NCBI RefSeq assembly: GCF_000143415.4
Contig: NW_003314299.1
Coordinates: 606,229 to 670,228, forward strand
Source of the DNA: Selaginella moellendorffii
Taxonomy: Eukaryota; Plantae; Lycopodiophyta
DNA length: 64,000 bases
Direction: 5' to 3'
The position numbers were made by a program, and so were the translations under genes. Under the pieces are notes generated by a model. It saw nothing but the letters and a program-made list of their open reading frames with translations, was not told the origin of the DNA and made no database searches. Below, one piece after another: positions 58,506-64,000 of the stretch; position 1 is the stretch's first letter, and each line of letters starts with the position of its first letter.

Positions 58506-60650
58506 ATGTCTAGAACAAACATGTCTTTCCTCCTTGTTTTGACAGTTTCACTGCTCGCCCACCACACCACCGCGGCGTCCTGCAACAGTGAAGATGAAAA
58601 GGCACTGCTGGCTTTCAAGGACGCCGACCAAGATCGAAGCAAGCTACTTACCACTTGGAGCCGGCAATCCAGTTGCTGCGAATGGTCTGGTGTCAAATGC
58701 GATGGAGCTGGCGGCCGGGTGAGCGAGCTCAAGCTGGAGTCCCTGGGATTAACAGGTACGCTGTCTCCGGAGCTGGGAAGCCTCTCCCACCTCCGTACGC
58801 TCAACGTCCACGGCAATAGCATGGACGGTCCGATACCTTCCACCTTTGGTAAGCTACTTCGGCTGGAGGTTCTCGACTTGGGCAGCAACTTCTTCTCCGG
58901 AGCACTGCCAGCGTCCCTTGCTCAGCTCGCATCCACGCTGCAAACGCTGGATCTGTCAGGTTACAGATTCGAAGGACCGTTTCCATCGGTTATTGGAAAA
59001 CTTACCAGCTTGAGGAAGCTCATCCTGGAAAGAGCTGATGCGTCTGCCGGCAGCATTCCTTCGTTCCTCGCCAACCTCGAGAATCTCACCATCTTAAATC
59101 TCCAAGGAAGCTGGTTCACGGGCTCCATTCCTTCGTCCTTGAGTAAACTCAAAAATCTTCAAACGCTCGATCTCTCGGACGGCCTCCGGCTCACAGGGTC
59201 CATACCGGCGTTTCTCGGCGGCCTTCAAAACCTGGAGTATCTCGACTTGAGTGGTACCAAGTTTTCTGGTTCCATTCCTCCATCTCTCGGCAACCTCCCC
59301 AAGCTGCGTTTCCTGGACATTTCCAACACGCTCGTCAGCAGCAGTATACCTGTTAAGATTGGAAAGCTTACCAGCTTGGAAACGCTGAGAATCTCCGGCA
59401 CCAAAGCCGCTGGACGAATCCCCGACACGCTTGGGAACCTGAAGAAGCTCAAAGTGTTGGAGCTGTCTCAAAATGCAGGTATGCGTGGTCCCATCCCCAG
59501 CTCCTTCGGCCAGCTCTCTTCCCTGGAAGAGCTTTCGGTCTCCAGCACTGGGCTTACGGGACAAATACCGAGCTCTCTCGGCCAACTTAGCAGACTTGTC
59601 AAACTCGACGTTATGTCCAACTCATTGAGCGGCAGCATTCCTGAATCTCTGGGACTTCTTTCCAGTCTTGAAGTCTTTTGGGCCTCCGAAAACCTGCTGA
59701 CCGGTCGAGTTCCAGAAGGATTTGCTCGAGGCCTCAAGAATCTCACAGTCCTCGAGCTTTCGATGAACAACCTCACTGGACTTCCCACCAACATGGCCAA
59801 GCTCGTCAACTTGAACGGTGTCTACTTGGACAACAACGATATCAGAAGCTTTGACGCGATCTCTGGACTGGCAACACTCCCGGAGCTCTCAACCATCTCT
59901 CTCAGTCGCTGCAAACTCCAAGGACCGATACCTTCCTGGTTTGCAAACATCAACCTCAAGCAACAGCCCCTGGGATCTTCGTGTCTCATCGACCTCTCCT
60001 TCAACTCCATCACCGGAACTATACCCGCTGCTCTCGGAAGGAACTCCAACCTCACAAATCTCTTCCTCCAATTCAACAAGCTCCAAGGAAAACTCCCAGA
60101 CAGCTTTGGAGAAACTCTCCCCAGGCTGACTAACTCGGACTTTAGCTCCAACTTTCTCACCGGAGTACCAGCGGACCTGTCCAACTTGGGAAAAGGAGTG
60201 CTCTACTCGCTTGGACTGGGTCACAACAATCTCAGCTTTCAGGCTCTCGAGGGACTGACCACACTCTCCCAAGTCTCCTTCCTCACTCTCGACCATTCCC
60301 ACCTCACAGGAGCCATCCCGAGCTGGTTCTCCAAGATCCCAATGACCCAAGACGAAATCGACAGCGTCGCAGTACTGAGGCTGAGCTCCAACAGCATCAC
60401 TGGAAGGATCCCACCGGAAATCGCCCAGCTGACCCAAGTCACGGGCCTCTATCTGGACAGGAACCGCTTGAGCGGCGGCATTCCAGTGGAGTTCCTGGCG
60501 CTCAAGAACCTGCACTACTTGAATGTCTCCCACAACCAGCTCACTGGCGCCATACCCGATGGAGCGCCGCTCAGCACCATGGATCCGGAGAACTTCGCCG
60601 GCAATCCGGGGCTCTGCGGCAAGCCGCTCTCGCCATGCATCAAGCCCTAA
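58506..60650 (+). CDS. Secreted extracellular leucine-rich repeat protein (no TM, no kinase)
   Basis: Signal peptide, LRRNT (CNSEDEKALLAFK...CCEWSGVKC), more than 20 plant LRRs, and C-cap FAGNPGLCGKPLSPC followed by the stop. Confidence 0.93.
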   Translation: MSRTNMSFLLVLTVSLLAHHTTAASCNSEDEKALLAFKDADQDRSKLLTTWSRQSSCCEWSGVKCDGAGGRVSELKLESLGLTGTLSPELGSLSHLRTLNVHGNSMDGPIPSTFGKLLRLEVLDLGSNFFSGALPASLAQLASTLQTLDLSGYRFEGPFPSVIGKLTSLRKLILERADASAGSIPSFLANLENLTILNLQGSWFTGSIPSSLSKLKNLQTLDLSDGLRLTGSIPAFLGGLQNLEYLDLSGTKFSGSIPPSLGNLPKLRFLDISNTLVSSSIPVKIGKLTSLETLRISGTKAAGRIPDTLGNLKKLKVLELSQNAGMRGPIPSSFGQLSSLEELSVSSTGLTGQIPSSLGQLSRLVKLDVMSNSLSGSIPESLGLLSSLEVFWASENLLTGRVPEGFARGLKNLTVLELSMNNLTGLPTNMAKLVNLNGVYLDNNDIRSFDAISGLATLPELSTISLSRCKLQGPIPSWFANINLKQQPLGSSCLIDLSFNSITGTIPAALGRNSNLTNLFLQFNKLQGKLPDSFGETLPRLTNSDFSSNFLTGVPADLSNLGKGVLYSLGLGHNNLSFQALEGLTTLSQVSFLTLDHSHLTGAIPSWFSKIPMTQDEIDSVAVLRLSSNSITGRIPPEIAQLTQVTGLYLDRNRLSGGIPVEFLALKNLHYLNVSHNQLTGAIPDGAPLSTMDPENFAGNPGLCGKPLSPCIKP

Positions 60651-62028
60651 ATGCGTGGAATATCCTCAAATTTGAAATTTTAGGGCAAACATGCTCTCCA
60701 AATTAGCCAGTCAACCAGGAAAAAAAAAATAAAAAAAATAAAAAAATTCAACCAGGGAGATGGTACTTCTAACTCTTCCCAATTAACCAATGTGTCACCA
60801 ACCTGACAGCTCAACCAAGAAAGTGTAGAAGCATTGGACAGGGCTTCATCAACCCCCTAGCATTGATCTTGTATGCATGCAGCTGCAAAAGGTGGCACAA
60901 CTTATAGAAGCCTCAGGGAAAGAGTCCCAGCATGGAAAAGAAGTGATGCCAGCATCAAACTCTCACTTTGACAATTATAGAACTCTTGGAGCCACTTGAT
61001 TTCCCCAGCCGGCCACAAGAAACCCCGTGGTGAAGGCATTAAGGGGCTAGAGCACACTGTAGCCCCAAATGCCGCACAAGGGGATTCCCCAAACACGAAG
61101 AAAACAATGCCAGCAGCTCTCACACGTGATGACTCAACTCAAGGCACTTGCACAGGATGTTGAAAGTCTCAAGCCAACTCCGCTCACACTGGCAACTCAC
61201 AATGCAACTTTTAAATAGACTTCTAAAGATCACTGTTAAATGTCAATAAACACCGATGTGTCACAAACAATAACTAATATACTTATCCCTTTTGATCCTT
61301 TCATGTATGAAATAGAGCAAAGCATTTGTTATGGCATGGTTTAAGATCATTTGCAAGTATCCCATGTTGTCATTGTAAGCTGTCATTAGTCCATGGATCT
61401 CAAAACCAATGTCCCAATAAAATCTTCACATTCACAATAATTCCTTGACTGCCTCAGTGACAACATGGTACTTAACCTCACAAATGGAAAGTCCACTTGA
61501 CTTGTGCAATTGCGTCCGTATAACGCAATCATGTTTTCCACTCTCATGGCCATTTCTGTTCCCGTCCATCCATTGGTCGGTTTTCCACACCCCAACTCCA
61601 ATTGCCCGATCCCAAATCTCTCCCCAGGCATCATTAGAAAAGATCTTCTACACCACTTATCACATACCTCCAAACTTTATACCACGAGTTTTATTGTTTC
61701 CTGACCTTGGGCAGCCTGGTAATGAAGCTCTATGCCAAGAACAAACAATGTATACAATCACCCAATAATACAGCTTGGGCATGACTAACAGTTAACAAAG
61801 GTAAATACGGAAAAATTCTTTGTGTTTACTTGCCAGACCGTGCCAAAACGTTATCAGGCGGGCACTCATTCAAAACGGTGGATAATCGTAAAGTTCTCTC
61901 CTTGTGGATAGCTTTAGAGTTTCCCAAAAGTAGGGTGAGCCAGCTGACAACCGTTTACTTTGTACTTTTGTTTGCAGACAAACACTACGTATCCTTCACG
62001 AAAATATGATACAAAACTGAAGTTCTTA

Positions 62029-63426
62029 CTACGTTTTCAAGAAAATTTCGGATGCAACGTAAGGGCCAGAACTGGAAACCTGTTGATCATCGATGACTGT
62101 TTTAGCAGCCTGTGAGCCTTGAACAGGATCACCGCTAGCATTACAAGCCCCGAGAAGGATCGTCCACGCAAAACTATCAGCCTTGTAAGGCATACTCTCA
62201 ACAAGCACCCGAGCATTCCTAGAGTCTCCAGATCGCCCAACAGTGTCGATCATACATCGGTAGTGTTCCAGCTCCACGCAAACTCCATGATCCGCCACCA
62301 TCGACAGAAAAACGCTTCTACTCGTTGCCAGCGACCCAGAGTGACTGCAAGTGCCGAGAACAATGCTAAAAGTCACTTGATCCGGATCAAAGCCCTCCAG
62401 GATCATAAAAGGCAGTAAAACGGTCCCATGCCCAACCTGGGCATAACATTGGATCATCGCATTCCAAGTTACCAGGTTCCGTACGGGTGCCGAGTCAAAG
62501 AGTTCCTTCGCAACTGCGTGACCCTTGTTCTGCCCGTACACCTGGATCAAGTAAGTCCAAGCTACCACGTCGCGATTTGGCATGGAGTCAAACACCCACT
62601 TTGCCTCGCCATAGTAACCATTCTGCGCATATACCTGTACCATGGTAGTCCAAGCGACCCTGTCTCGGCTTGTCATTCTGTGAAAGAATCTCACGGCCTC
62701 GTCTACGTAGCCAAGCAAAGAATATGCCTGGATCATAATGGTCCACGAGATTTCGTCACGATCGACTATGGAATCAAACACCTGTCTCGCATGCTCAATC
62801 TGCCCACATTGGGCATATGCTGCTACCATGGTATTCCACGTCACAAGGTTTTTAACCGGCGCCATGTCAAAAGTGTATCTTGCTTTTGGTAAATTTCCGT
62901 TTTGTGCATAGCCCGCCACCATGGTAGTCCATGTTACAACGTTCCTTTGAGGTATCATTTTGAAGAGAGTCTCAGCTTCTTCCATATGCCCTGATTGGGC
63001 ATACGCAGTTATTACAACGTTCCAAGACACTGCGTTCCGCTGTGGCATTCTTTCAAACATTAGCCTGGCCATATCTAAGAAACCACTCTCGGAATATGCC
63101 TTGACCATGGTTGTCCACGTTACCACGTCCCGCTGGACCATACCATCAAAGACACGCTTCGTATAAAAAAGATGCCCATTTGCGGCATATGCTGCAAGAA
63201 GGATGTTCCAGGAGTGGAGATTCGGCGCATAGATGGAATCGAAGACGGCCTTGGCGTCATGGAGGCTGCCACATTTTGCGTACATGTCGACAAGATGGTT
63301 TTTAAGGAAAAGGCTAGTTGACGAGCGCGAACTCTTGAGAATGGCGAGATGGGCGCGCTTGGCCTGTGACAGATCGGTGGCAGATCGAGCGAGGGCAGCC
63401 AACTCCGCGTCGGAGAAGTACCCCAT
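62029..63426 (-). CDS. PLS-class PPR protein rich in tandem S motifs, partial E domain, no DYW
   Basis: 465-aa intronless ORF with repeated RDVVTWTTMV/RNAVSWNVVI motifs and MPYKADSFAWTILLGAC. Confidence 0.9.
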   Translation of the reverse strand: MGYFSDAELAALARSATDLSQAKRAHLAILKSSRSSTSLFLKNHLVDMYAKCGSLHDAKAVFDSIYAPNLHSWNILLAAYAANGHLFYTKRVFDGMVQRDVVTWTTMVKAYSESGFLDMARLMFERMPQRNAVSWNVVITAYAQSGHMEEAETLFKMIPQRNVVTWTTMVAGYAQNGNLPKARYTFDMAPVKNLVTWNTMVAAYAQCGQIEHARQVFDSIVDRDEISWTIMIQAYSLLGYVDEAVRFFHRMTSRDRVAWTTMVQVYAQNGYYGEAKWVFDSMPNRDVVAWTYLIQVYGQNKGHAVAKELFDSAPVRNLVTWNAMIQCYAQVGHGTVLLPFMILEGFDPDQVTFSIVLGTCSHSGSLATSRSVFLSMVADHGVCVELEHYRCMIDTVGRSGDSRNARVLVESMPYKADSFAWTILLGACNASGDPVQGSQAAKTVIDDQQVSSSGPYVASEIFLKT

Positions 63427-63522
63427 TCCCGGGCTTGCCGCGCCATCGCCACTTTAAGACATGAAAAGGAAGAACCCTAAATTAACGGCTTGTGTCCCAG
63501 AGCCATGACATCAAAAGATTTG

Positions 63523-63604
63523 CGTCGCCTGAGAGATTCGAACTCTCGCGGGGAAACCCCATGTACTTAGCAGGCACACGCCTTAACCACTCGGCCAAAG
63601 CGAC
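63523..63604 (-). tRNA. tRNA-Ser (anticodon GCT), identical to 57960-58041
   Basis: Same 82-nt sequence, with a TTTT terminator within ~10 nt downstream. Confidence 0.96.
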
Positions 63605-63786
63605 AATACGCTTGAGTAGACCACTAAAAAAATACAAGTACTTTCATCATGAACGAAGTCCAAAACGGTGGCTGACACCGACAGCAATTAAGAACTCCCC
63701 ATCTCTGTAGATAAGATCAGTACAAAGAAGTACCTACGAAACAACAAGCGACTTTACCTCGCCACTGTTCCATGGTTTTAGTCGCA

Positions 63787-64000
63787 ATGTCTAGAACAAG
63801 CACGTCTTTCCTCGTTGTTTTGACAGTTTCACTGCTCGCCCACCACACCACCGCGGCGTCCTGCAACAGTGAAGATGAAAAGGCACTGCTGGCTTTCAAG
63901 GACGCCGACCAAGATCGAAGCAAGCTACTTACCACTTGGAGCCGGCAATCCAGTTGCTGCGAATGGTCTGGTATCAAATGCGATGGAGCTAGCGGCCGGG
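63787..64000 (+). CDS. Second copy of the secreted LRR gene (runs off the window)
   Basis: Near-identical to 58506-58719 (MSRTSTSFLVVLTVSLLAHHTTAASCNSEDEK). An alternative in-frame ATG lies at 63772. Confidence 0.88.
   Translation, partial: MSRTSTSFLVVLTVSLLAHHTTAASCNSEDEKALLAFKDADQDRSKLLTTWSRQSSCCEWSGIKCDGASGR

Noticed and set aside
61330-61700. Possible SWIM zinc-finger/MULE transposase remnant on the minus strand (YHVV...YCECEDF)
   Set aside because: Requires several frameshifts and the terminal CxH is not clear. Too weak to call.

Overview
Gene-dense land-plant nuclear DNA, most likely the lycophyte Selaginella. This is inferred from ~50-100 nt introns, PLS-type PPR genes rich in tandem S repeats, and flagellar genes next to a vascular TMO5-like bHLH. 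The first ~28 kb mixes degenerate LTR-retrotransposon DNA with genes. The transposon DNA includes a ~10 kb element (13411-23541) carrying two nested solo LTRs with intact 5-bp TSDs and a 298-bp fold-back mini-element. The genes are trehalase, ERdj3B, DSI-1VOC and tRNA-Ser(AGA), plus a TsaD/Kae1 pseudogene fragment and a mosaic of fragments from four unrelated genes. From 29 to 64 kb lie an RFI2-like RING E3, a class III (SIRT5-like) sirtuin, TMO5-like and PIF-like bHLHs, three PPR genes, CFAP298, LIN/CERBERUS, a CCDC177-like coiled-coil gene, a calmodulin-like gene, and a tandemly duplicated PPR - tRNA-Ser(GCT) - secreted LRR unit. The most unusual signals are the fold-back retroelement with two identical ends, the four-gene mosaic, a probable shared trehalase/ERdj3B promoter carrying a UPR element, and four GC-AG introns. 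All gene identities come from recalled motifs and manual splicing, not from database searches.
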